A stretch of 64,000 nt of DNA, taken from assembly GCF_016433145.1 (NCBI RefSeq), contig NC_058134.1, forward strand, positions 303,014,392-303,078,391, written 5' to 3'. The notes beneath the pieces are model-generated. The model was not told where the DNA came from. It saw only the letters and a list, made by a program, of their open reading frames with translations, and did not search any database. The stretch is from Gracilinanus agilis. Its lineage: Eukaryota. Made by a program: the position numbers and the translations under genes. Below, one piece after another: positions 48,901 through 60,455 of the stretch. How positions within the stretch are numbered: the stretch's first letter is position 1; each line of letters opens with the position of its first letter.

Positions 48901-50278
48901 CATCATAGTAGTCTCTCCCATTGCCCTACTTTCTATAGTTTCTGCCATTTTTAAACAGTACTAATCATTAGGTCATTCCTTCCCATTTCCTGAGCTATTC
49001 TTTTGGTTTTACTTTTGATTTATTTATTTTTTAAAATATTTTTCCATGTTTACATGATACATTTTCTTTTCCTTCCCCCTCCCAGAGCCAACAAACAGTT
49101 CCCCACTGGGTTATACAAATGTTATCACTTGATACCTATTTCCATATGATTAATTTTTTGCAATAGTTTTGCTTTGAATTAAACAAGCTCCCTCACTGTG
49201 CCTCAGTTTGCTCAGCTATAAAGTTAAGATGTTGACCTCAATGACTGTTAAGGTTCTTCCCATCACTAAATTGTATGACCAATGGCACCAGGGAAAGACC
49301 AATGTTTGGGGAATTGAAGAATCTGAGCTCTATTCTTGTTCTGCTGTGTGGTTTGTGATAAAGATTTGATCTTGTCAGTCCTTCATTCAAAAATCTGTAA
49401 ATGCTCTCTTTTGCTTGTAATGTTCAGGTTAAAAATCTTCAGCCTAGCATCTGAACTTTTCCTGTTCCCACCTACTTTTGTATCTTATTTTAAAGTATTC
49501 CCTCCTTCATGCTCTATTTCATTAGAGTGGCTTGCTCTCTGGCCCCTCTCTTATCTTTGCACCTATGCAAGTCTGTGATGCCTTCCCTTCTCACCCTCCA
49601 CCACACTGGAACTGAAATTTCCTTCAAGTCTCAGGAAATGGGTCTAATACTGCAGAGGAGGCTCCCTCTAGAACCTACTTTGTATTTACCTTTCAATGAG
49701 CAAGCACTTAGTAAATGCCTCCTACCAGCCAGCCATTGTAGTACAATGTAAGCTCCATAAGAACAAAGCATATATTGTTCTTGTCTCTGTTCTCTAGAGC
49801 TTAAGGAATCCTTTGTATATCTTAGGTACTTAATGTTTGTTGAATTAAATTTCTTTTTAGAAGTCATTTCTGCTCTCCAGGACTCAGTTTTTTCCTCTGG
49901 AAAATGAAAGTTTTGGACTAGGTTGAATGAATGAATAATATTCATTAAGCACTTATGTACCTAGGATTTTGTTAAGAACTGGGGATTTTAGAAAGGCTTC
50001 AATTCTGTTGTTTAACTCACACACTAATAGGAAAAGGCAACTGGTACAGGAGGGTCCAAATGAAGAGACAATGACAATCCCCCATTGTTTCTAGATTGCT
50101 GATACAAGTTAGGTATCAATGACTTCTCTGAACTTTCTTCCAGATCCATATGGCCTGGCATCATCATCTCCACCTTCCTGCATCTTTCTTCAAGACTTGG
50201 CTCAGATACTATTGTAACCTATTGGCTCCTTTCCACATCCATTCATTTCTTGAAGCCCTCCCTCTTCTATTTCCTGTG

Positions 50279-50283
50279 AGTGA

Positions 50284-50330
<47 letters not shown>
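50279..50330. repeat. (GAGT)n-(GT)n microsatellite
   Basis: Seen directly. Confidence 0.95.
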
Positions 50331-50334
<4 letters not shown>

Positions 50335-50440
50335 ATCCCTTTGTAGAATGTAGACTTAGTAAATATGTGTTGGTGAAGTTGGAATGGAATGGGCAGCAGT
50401 TGAGGTTGGGGACAGCTGAATTAGAATTCAGAATTCACAA

Positions 50441-50641
50441 GGGGGCAGCTGGGTAGCTCAGTGGATTGAGAGCCAGGCCTAGAGACGGGAGGTCCTAGGT
50501 TCAAATCCGGCCTCAGACACTTCCCAGCTGTGTGACCCTGGGCAAGTCACTTGACCCCCATTGCCTACCCTTACCACTCTTCCACCTATAAGTCTTAATA
50601 CACAGAAGTTAAGGGTTTAAAATTAAAAAAAAAAAAAAAAA
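50441..50641 (+). mobile_element. Young SINE1_Mdo-type SINE (short-tail variant) with a 16-bp TSD
   Basis: TSD agaattcagaattcac (50423-50438 / 50642-50657); intact A box and B box ggttcaaatcc; CpGs retained; long A tail. Confidence 0.95.
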
Positions 50642-53600
50642 AGAATTCAGAATTCACTCTAGACCCACCCCTCCAGAACTGAAACAATAATTCCTTTAGG
50701 CCAAAGCTCAGGAGTCCAGGAACAGCCAAGCATGCTCGAAGAAGGGCACATGGAAAAGCATTCTGGTCACAGGTGGTGACTAAGTATTGATCCTTCTTTG
50801 TTCTGTCCACCTATAACAAATACCTCATGGGCACTGGTTACAAATCATCTGTGATTTCCATGACAAATACTTATTTTTAGCAGCTTAGACAATAACTTAG
50901 AACAGAATGTGTTTCATGAAGGCACCTGGCTGACACACTTGCTGCCTGGGTGTGATTTTTATGCTGGGTGTCCCAGAAGGGGGTGGGGAAGATTTTTTAC
51001 TCTTTAACAGAACACACACCCAAAAAAAAAAATCTGTAAGAGAAAAAAAATGCATAAAGTACCTGTGTAGAAAATCATTTTCTCTGTGCCAGAAAAATAA
51101 AGAAGGATCATTTCCCTTGCTGATCTTTAGGCTGTCCAATGAAGAGGCTATACCCTGTTTGTTTTGTGTCTTAAGTACTTTGGGGAGAAAGGAGAGGACA
51201 AAATTTGGAAAGTAATTATTTTATGCAGAAAATAAAAAATTGTGAATTTTAGAGCTGGAAGGAACTTTAGAACTCATCTACTTGAATCTTTTACTTTTAG
51301 AGTTGGAGAAACTGAGTTATAGAATGGAGAAGAGATTTGTCTAAAGTCATCCATAAACTATTGGCTGAGCTGGAATTATAAGTCATTCTAAATCTATCAC
51401 TCTCTCTATACTACCACACTGCAAGCCTGGGAAGTCAATATGAATGCCAAGTACAGTGTAGAAGAATTTCCTGTAGGAATTCCCATTTAAGCTATCCAAA
51501 AAAGTCTCTAATAGGGAATATGAATTAATACTGTATCTGTGAAATGCCAGTTCTCTGAGAAAAGTGGTCCTTGGCTCAAGGAATTCTATAGGTCTATATT
51601 CTTTCAAACATCACACTTCATAGGCCCCCACTGATGTGCCCATTTTTATATTGTCAGTAAAAATTAGCTAAAGATTTTCTTTAGTTAATGCAGGATATAT
51701 GAAAGACCTATCTCCCCAAACTCAATTTCAAACTCTTTTGGGGAAGAAATAGCCCCTCATTTGAAGGCTCACTGTAACAAAAAGCTGAAAATAGGAAGAA
51801 GCTCCCAGCCAAATGCCCAGCAGACACATTTAGCAATACTCATGGAAGGAGCAAAAGCATTTAATAATATTAATAGCATTAAGAGAAAAAGTAATATAAT
51901 ATTTCCCCCATAAACCTGAAAAACACTTTTTCACCAATGCAGACATCATAAATTGGAAATGTCCCAACCTATAGAAGATGGAACACTTGGCCAAAGCATG
52001 TGAGTGGAGAATATATATAAATAAAATGCAGAAGAGAGCAACTCTGATGTCTCTGGAGCATTGAAGCCTTCTAGTAATGACACTGGGTGACTGATGTTGG
52101 ATCTACTACTCAACTGCTCTCGTGTGACATGCATTGGAACAAATTGTACTTCTTTTCCTGAGTATTGTTAGATGTGTCTGTTCTAGGCATTTGGCTAGGA
52201 TCTTCTTCCTGCTTTCGGATTTTTGTTGCAGAGTCTTCAGTTGAGGTGCCATCTCTTCCCCAGAAGAGTTCAAAACTGAATTTGGGGAGATAGGTCCTTT
52301 GTATATCTCATATTATATTGAAGAAAACAATTACCTAATTGTTCTCTTCAATTGAAAGAAATATTTCACCCAGAGATAGCTGTTGGATGCTTTTCTTCTC
52401 CCAAAGGAGACTCTGAACTCAGGACCTAATCTCCTTTTGGAAGCGAGGACACCAGTTAGCTAAGTGTCAAACTCAAAGTCTCTTAACCTATCTTTCAAAA
52501 ATTTGTTCTCATTTAACATGAAAATTTTTTCTGCTTCAAGACTCCATCAGACTTAGGGTTAGAAGGGCCTCTTAATTTCTACTTCTAAAACCCTTATAGG
52601 TCTTTTAAATCCAATGAAGGTTGAGGGAAAGAGTTCTGACAAGAAACTTCACTATGTGAGTGTTGGGCAACTCAATTTTCCCTCATCCTAAGATTCTTTC
52701 TGTCTCCCTTGCAAATGAAATGGAAAATGAAAAGCCAAAAAAAAAAGCACTTAGTTGGAGCCAATGGAGCCATTGCCATCTACATCAAGCCTTTGTTTTG
52801 AATTCCTGTCTTTGTTTTGCATACCTGGCTAGCAACAAACCCCAGAAGACTTGGAGCTGCCAGAGGAGGAGAAAAGACCAAGAATATTTATATAACTAAT
52901 TTAACATAGCTTTCTCTATACCGTACTTTATCCCATTTGAGATTAGCCCTAGAGAATGCTGGAATAGCTCTCAGTCATCTAGTGGCAAAACATTGTTTGA
53001 GACAGGATCCCTTTTTTTCCTCAGTCCTTGAATCCTGAGCTAAATAACCTGGGCTGAAAGAGTTACATTTATTTTTTTTTGTTTGTGAGGCCTTTGTTGT
53101 CGACACACATACATATCTCTAAATGTATATATGGATTCCAATTTCACATATATATGTAATATATGTATATACAGGTGTGTATATATATATTACATATATA
53201 TTTATCTAGAGATGAAGATTGATAATGATAAAGATATCCCATATCTATCTATCCCACATGTTGACTTTGATCTGTCTGTTTAGCTAGCTATGGAGCGACT
53301 GCATTCTCCTGGAGACCCCTTTGCCATCCATTTGTCCTGACCTATTGGAAGCTTCTTTCACTTGTGAGGTCAGAGATGGGAAATGGACATCTGTGGGACG
53401 TTTCCAGTTCTTTGGGGTGTCATGGCTGAAGCCAAGAGTTTTCCTAGTTAGATAAAATGCCATGATATCCAGAAAGCATTCCATCCAGCCTGGTGAAGGA
53501 AGAGAAGGTGGCATAAATTGAATGAATCCTGTCTGAGAGAAGGAGACCTTCATGGCACTATCACGGACCATCTTTCTTTTTCTGCTACAGATGACCAGAA

Positions 53601-54992
53601 ATTTGTGTTTACATCGTAAGTGCTTAGTACATGCTAGACACTTGATAAGTGATTTTTAATGAAATATATATATATATATATACATACATACAAATACATA
53701 TACATATGTTATATGTATATACAATAGTATATATAGTACATATAGCCTGTGTATATATAGACAAATAGACATATGTGCTGATGTGAGTGCTAAGGGATTA
53801 AATGTAATTCAGTCCTAGTCCCAAGAGGTTTACATTCTAATAGGAATGATATAGGATTGACCAAAGAGGGGTATTTTGCACTGGGGACCCACAGAGAGAG
53901 TAAGCCTGGCTATGGGGAAGTTGTTTGACACACCCTGCCTAGTGGCAATGGCAGAATGTATTTGATGATGGTTCTAGAATTGGATATAGATTGGGTAGAA
54001 GGTGTTCCCAGAGAGGATAAGGAAGATGGCAAGAAGATAGCTGGGGCAGAATGGAAAACTTGTCTAAACAGAGGGAGTCATATGACATACTCCCCCAGCA
54101 GGAAATCATGGGCTCTGCCCTGGGAATTCTAGAGCCAAAAGGGTGAACCTCTCTACGGTCTAGTCTTTAGAAGCCAAGTGGTTGGGAGAGCATAGAAGTA
54201 GGAAAGGTGGACAGACTTGTCTATATGGCATATTAACAACATTCCAGGAAGGGATATGAGGACAAGACTCCCTCTTCCCATCTGTGAGGTCCCCATCTCT
54301 CCCCCACACCCCATTCAACAAAGAAGAGATTTTGCTAATGAGCAACTAAGATAAGTATTTGAAAGCACCTGTATTTCAGGGATTTCTGGGAATTTCTGTT
54401 TCAGTGTTTCAGGTATTTCAGGGAACTTCTGGCTCAATAAAAATGTGCAAATCCATCAAAAATGATTTCAATGAAATTGAGAATCATTAACACCTAAGGA
54501 TATAGGAATGCCAACATTCTTGCAAAGAGATGAAATTAGATTACAAGTTGTCCTATGTCCTTTGGGATGGCCGTAGGAAGAGGTAAGAAAAAAAGAGACA
54601 GAGATAGAGAGTCAGAGACAGAGAAAAATAGAGATAGAGAAAGACAGAGGGAACTATAGAAACACAGAGAGACAGTTCTAACATTCTCCTGACATGGTCC
54701 CCAGAAAAGAAAGAGACGGGTCACAAAGTCCTGGTCTGTCCTTCTGGGTAAGTAAATGATATATCACTATCTTCTTTCTCATCTTATTATCTCATTGATC
54801 CTTACAACAATCCTGAGAGTTGAATGCTGTAATCAGCCCCATTTTAGAGTGAAGAAACTGAGGCAGAGAGGTTAATTTACTTGCTCAGGGTAATATAGCT
54901 AGTATCTCAGACTCATTTGAATTTAGTTCTTCCTAACTCCTTTCCCAGAATTCTATCTGCTGCACTACCTAGAACTTAATGTAACTCTAGGG

Positions 54993-55487
54993 CAGTGATA
55001 GGGAACCTTTTAGAGTCTGAATATCAGGCCCCACCCTCACCCCACCCCCCAGGCCAAGTGCCCTGCCTGTCCCCTATCAGAGAACATGTGCTGTAAACCT
55101 CTTCCCACTGAGTGTGGGGTGGGCCCCCCTTTAACCCACACAGGGAATGGAGGAAGCTCACCCATTGGGCTGGGTGGAGGGGTGTGTTAAGTGAGGAATG
55201 TCCTTATTGTGTGTAGAGGGGGGAAGTGAGTGGCCTGAGTGCTCTGCTCCCCTCCACCTCTGCCACCTGTGAGCCACCCACCTTCCCCCTGTAAATTCCC
55301 ATTGGGCTGCTGGGCAGAGGGGCAGGGGTCATGAAAAAAATGTCATCAGTCGTGGTAGAGAGGGAGAGCCCCTCTGCCTTTCTAGTAAACTCTGGGGTAG
55401 GGAATGAGGAAGGAGGGTAGCCAAGTACCCACAGAGAATACTTTGTGTGCCATCTTTGGCACCCATGTCATAGGTTTGACATCACTG
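54993..55487. mobile_element. Complete non-autonomous hAT (Charlie-group) DNA transposon / MITE, 495 bp
   Basis: Perfect 8-bp TSD CTCTAGGG (54985-54992 / 55488-55495). TIRs are CAGTGATAGGGAACCT and (reverse complement) CAGTGATGTCAAACCT, 12/16 identical. Confidence 0.92.
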
Positions 55488-55539
55488 CTCTAGGGACTTA
55501 ATTAGTATTCTACAAATGCGAAATCCTGTTACCATCACC

Positions 55540-55830
55540 CTCTTCCTCACCTCCACCTCTTAGCTTCAATGGCTTTCTTCCAGTCCCAGCTAAAACGCTA
55601 CATTCTAGAGGAAGCCTTTCCTGATCTCCCTTAATTCTAGTTCCTTCCTTCTGTGGATAATTTCCAAGTTATCCTGTCCATAGCTTTTGCTTGTTTGTCT
55701 CTCCCATTAGACTGTGAGCTCCTTGAGAGCAGGGCTGTCTTTGCCTTTCATTGTATCCCCAACCCTTAGCAAAGTGTCCACCATAAACTAGGCACTGAAA
55801 TCCTTACTGCATGACTTGGCATCTGTATAG
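55540..55830 (+). mobile_element. L2 3' fragment
   Basis: ctcccattagactgtgagctccttgagagcagggctgtctttgcctttcattgtatcccc. Confidence 0.8.
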
Positions 55831-55895
55831 TCTGCTATTCAGCTACTCAGAGGGCAGGAGTCAAAACCACAGGTTCTAAATTCTAATCTTCATGG

Positions 55896-56058
55896 GGAAC
55901 AGCTAGGTGGCATGGTGGATAGTGAGCCAGGCTTAGAGTAAGAGGACATGGGCTTAAATCTGTGGCCCTGAGTAAGTCATTTAACCCTGATTGTCTAGCC
56001 CTTGTCAGACTGTCTTAAAGCTGTTATTGATTCAGAAAGTAAGAGTTAAAAAAAAAGA
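55896..56058 (+). mobile_element. Marsupial CORE-SINE (different 3' end from SINE1)
   Basis: ggaacagctaggtggcatggtggatag head; 3' end ctgtcttaaagctgttattgattcagaaagtaagagtt(A)n. Confidence 0.7.
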
Positions 56059-56219
56059 AGGCAAATTTCAATGATGTGACATAATTTAGGCTCTCCATGT
56101 ATTTCTTGAAACATGATAGCTGCCACTGAGCACAGTGACTCAGATGGAAAAGGCTTCATTGGAGCCCAATTCAGCTAGGTTAAGATCTCCCCAGTCATAC
56201 CTACTAACGTTACTTGAGC

Positions 56220-56460
56220 TGTCATGATGGCATATCACCCTGCTGACTCATACTGAACTTGTAGTCAAATAACTGCACCTGTTTGTTTTTTTGTAATCAG
56301 ACTCCTATCAACCAACATTAAATTTCATGGAGTTCAAGTCTGTTCTGCCTTCTGATCTGCTAAGGTCTTTTTGGATACTGACTCAATTCTCTATTGCATT
56401 AGCCATCAGTCTCATCTCCAGGTCATTTGGAAATCAGATAAGCACACCTTCTATCTATAA
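56220..56460 (-). mobile_element. L3/CR1 fragment
   Basis: ctgctgactcatactgaacttgtagtc..aaggtctttttggatactgactc is antisense CR1 RT-region sequence. Confidence 0.6.
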
Positions 56461-57330
56461 AGGAGGGCTAGGGAGGGTCACCTTGGACAGTTCTCTTGTT
56501 TAACATATGAGTCTAAAAAACAATAGGTGGTGAATGTCCTAAGTGATTTGCATATCAGAGTTTGGAGACAGTAGATTTTGCTCTGTACTTGCTGCTGAAA
56601 AAAAAAAAAAAGTGGGGCTGGGGGAGGAGAGTATATATTTTGCTCTGTGCTGCCACTTGCTGTTGAGAAGAGAAAATAATACAGAAAAACACTTAGCTTT
56701 GAATCTGTTGTTGAGAAGCAAAATGAAAAATCTTGCTGGAGGAGCAGAGTTGGAGAAGCTTTTTGCCAATATTAGTCTAAGAACTGTTGCCTTTTCCCAA
56801 AAGAGCATGACATTACTTCAACTGAAAGCATCAGCTAAGTCTGGATCTAGAAATGATGGATACCACAGCTCTTTTGGTGAGAAGCAAACCTGAGCAGAGA
56901 AAGAGCTTAGAAGCAGAACATCAGACAAGCAGTCAATTGGATAAATTCATCAAACTGAATCACTATGCTTTTTGAGTCTAATTTAGTGCATTATGGATGC
57001 ACCCAGTTTAACAATATTTAAAGTATTTTCTGGGAATCCATGATTATTAAGGAATTTTTTTTATGGAAAGTTCCTGAGATAAACATATGATACTGGTTGA
57101 CTTGACTACATGTATTCCCTGTATGGGAGTCTCAACTATATCCATTGTTGGAAGAGAATAAGTTTTATTGGTAGAATGTCATATAAATTTTATGTTTCCG
57201 TTTTCAGTAATTTTTAAAATGTTAATTGCGTATTGGTGATTGATATTCTAAAAGGAAATATATCTGTGAGGTTTCATGAGCTACAACATTAGAAGGAATA
57301 GTCACCCAGGACCCTGGGAGTATTAAATGT

Positions 57331-57955
57331 TGTTGACTGGGAAAAAACACAGAACTATTAAATAGTCAGAAAGACCACTCTTTAATTAAGGACAGGGGTC
57401 ACAAGGCTGAGTAGGCCCCTACACAAGAGTCCGAGGATTGAACTCAGGATGCTCTGGCCCCTGGCCCCTGGGAGTGCCACCCAGCCAGTTGAGGACTCTG
57501 AGGAGCAATTGAAGTTTGGAAGCTTAAATGCCTTTCTTGGGGAACATGGGGACTAAGGACTAGAGGGATAGTTGATTGACTTTATAATGGTAACAAAGGA
57601 AAATGAGGAGTTCCCAATAGGAATAATAGAGGGGCTGATGCCTTATAGTGGACACAAAAGGGAAAGACCCAACCAAAGACTGGGCCACCCCCCCCACCCC
57701 CAGGACCCTGGCCTTAGGGGAGAAATCACAGGGACAAAAGAGATACTTAACATCTGATAGGATTAGCCATTCCCCCCTAAACTCTTTGAAGGCCTCTATT
57801 GTTAGCTTGAGATTAGTGAAGCTGGATTTTCCCTCAGGGAAGAACCACCACTTACAAGGTCAAACCGGAGACTTTCACCTTCCAACTAACTAAACAGGGT
57901 TTCATCCAATCTTTCTAGGCTACAAGTTTGGGGGCTTCCAGATTGCACGTCGACA
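57331..57955. mobile_element. Solo LTR (625 bp) with a 4-bp TSD ATGT
   Basis: TGTTGAC...GTCGACA termini; ATGT at 57327-57330 and 57956-57959; same family as 48280-48900. Confidence 0.88.
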
Positions 57956-60334
57956 ATGTAACAGACATCCTCATTCTCAGGAAACCTCCTCTTTTTTAAA
58001 ATATGGAGGGAGGTTGAGTTCTATAAATGAGTCCCTGGGACATAGGGTGAATGTGGGAAGAGGTGATGAAGGAGTAAGTCACCACTTCCTATAAACGAAG
58101 GTGAGCTTGAATTAGGCAAAACCTATATAGACCTTTATCCATCTTCCCTAACAATGTTAGCATAGGACCAAATGCAGATCCCCAGAATACTTTGACTAGA
58201 TCCTTCTTCCAAGGTGACATTGTACCATAATAATTTTGCTCTGGTTCCAAAGCTACCTTACACTATCATCTGCCCAATATCCCTCCATCTTTTCTGACAC
58301 TATTAGTGTGAGAAATTTTAAACACATGTGACAAGCAAATAAGACAAATATAGAATGGTTTGAGATTTCAGAGAAGGGACGATTATATTGAGTTTGGGGG
58401 ATTTCTGGGGAAGCCTAAAGTATTGTGTGATATTTGAACTGAGATTTGAAGGGTAAGTAGGATTTCATCAGGGGATAATTGGGATGTGGGCACAAGAAAT
58501 ATTTATGCAATGACCAGTGATTTTGTTTAAAATGGAAGGGAGTAGGGGTACCTGAAAAAGTAGGTTGGACCTAAGTTGTGGGGATCCTTAAATACTGAAC
58601 TAAGGAAATTGGAGTTCATCCAAAACTGCTAGACATTAAGTTTAAACTACTAGGCTTGTGCAAAAGATCCAGTGTCTGTTGACATCATTATATCTCATTA
58701 ATGACAACAGTTCTGTAACTGAATGAGTGTACTGTGTCTGTTCTATAGGGAGTGAGGAATCAAGAAGGATTTTGAACTGCTAAGGGACAAGATAAGAGCT
58801 GAGCTTTAAGAACATAAAGTTCGTACCATAGGAAAAATAGCATGGAGAGGAGAGAGTCTGGTTGGTTGAATTTTCTAGTAGAGGGTGGTACTGTATATTA
58901 GCAATCCAATCAAGTAACTTTGAATCACTTATCTAAATCAGAAAATCATAGGATTTAAAGTTGGAAGGAACTTTAGAAAATAACTAATATTATAGCATTT
59001 TGGGGACAGAATAGGAAAATGAGACCTGATAAGTAAGTAATTTAGCCAGTCGGATAGTGAGCAGATCCAGAATTTGAATCCATATTATCTGATTCATTCT
59101 GGTACAACATATTCCCTCTTAATGTTACTGTTGAATTCACAATAGAAATCTGGGATTTGGGAAATCTGATATTTGAAAATTGAGAAATGATAGGTAATTT
59201 TCGCCCTGAAGATAGGAAACCACTGAGAGCCTTCATCTACCTCCCTCAGTTATTTAGTGGGACAATTCAGTAGGGGTACTGGATGTGGCTACTGCCCAAG
59301 CTGGCACCAGGAGCCTTCTCTTTACTACAGTTTCACAAAGCAGCATGATGGGCTTTTATGAGGGAAAGACCATAAACCCACCATTATTACAAGGCCATGT
59401 GAACCAGGCTTTGTCCTTGTGTAATCTGCTGGCAATTATGTGGCCACCTCATAATTGACCATAGCCAGTCCTTAATCCTGATATTGTCTGGAACCCAGTG
59501 GGTTTCCAATGGCCACAGAATGACAATCAGCAGTTTCAATGGATTTTCCAAGACTTGCAATTCCTCTACATTCAAAGAGCCTAAGAATGATATTCATCCT
59601 ATGTCTGGGGAAACACACACTGTTTATGAGGCTGATCCCCAAAGCAGAGCCCCCTTTTGTCTTTCACCAATGGGATTTTTACAACACTATTAATACAGCA
59701 GGAGATTAGGGGCAAAATAAGTTAGAAATGTCTCATAGCAATGGGGTCTCTTTAAATTTAGTCTTCAAATTCACTGAAACCAATTCCAGAGACGGGGTTG
59801 GCAGGGGGCAATGAACTCTAAGCCTTGGCTTCCACCTGCATCTCTGTCCCATAATTGCTATTCTTTCTCCTTTGCCCATTTGTTCAGCATCTCCAAATGG
59901 AAAGAGATGAAATAAAAAGGTGTAACCAGAGAGACAAATGATAATAATGATACCTTGTAGTCCCAAAGGCTTTTCATAGCACTTTCTTCACAATATTCTA
60001 GTGAGTTAGGGCTTATTCTAAATGCCATTATGCATATCTAACAGCTTAGGAAACTGAAGTTTAGAGAGAAACTTGTTCTGTTACATAACTAGGAGCTTGC
60101 AAAGCTGAGAATGGAATCCAGACCTTCTGATTCCAAATCAAATGTTCTCTTCCTTTCCTCACGGTATCTCTACAAGTTCTATGTGGGTGAATCGACTGTC
60201 TAGGACAGGAGACAGCACAAATCGCTTAAAGGAATGTCCTTCTAAGCTCTGAGAAGTCTTATCCCAATTCTGACTCTCATTCTTGAGTTGGTTCCTGGAG
60301 CAAAGTCTCTGTCTTTCTTTTAGGATTGTATTTC

Positions 60335-60455
60335 TTTGAACCCTTACCTTCTGTCTTAGAATCAATACTGTGTATTGGCTCTAAGGCAGAAGAGGGGTAA
60401 GGGCTAGGCAATGAGGTTTAAGTGACTTGGCTAGAGTCACACAGTTAGGAAGGGT
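60335..60455 (-). mobile_element. SINE1_Mdo-type 3' fragment
   Basis: aacccttaccttctgtcttagaatcaatactgtgtattggctctaaggcagaagag. Confidence 0.85.

Noticed and set aside
59433-59457. Inverted homeodomain-like sites CAATTATG..CATAATTG
   Set aside because: 8-bp inverted repeats with short spacers are expected several times by chance, and there is no other support without conservation data.
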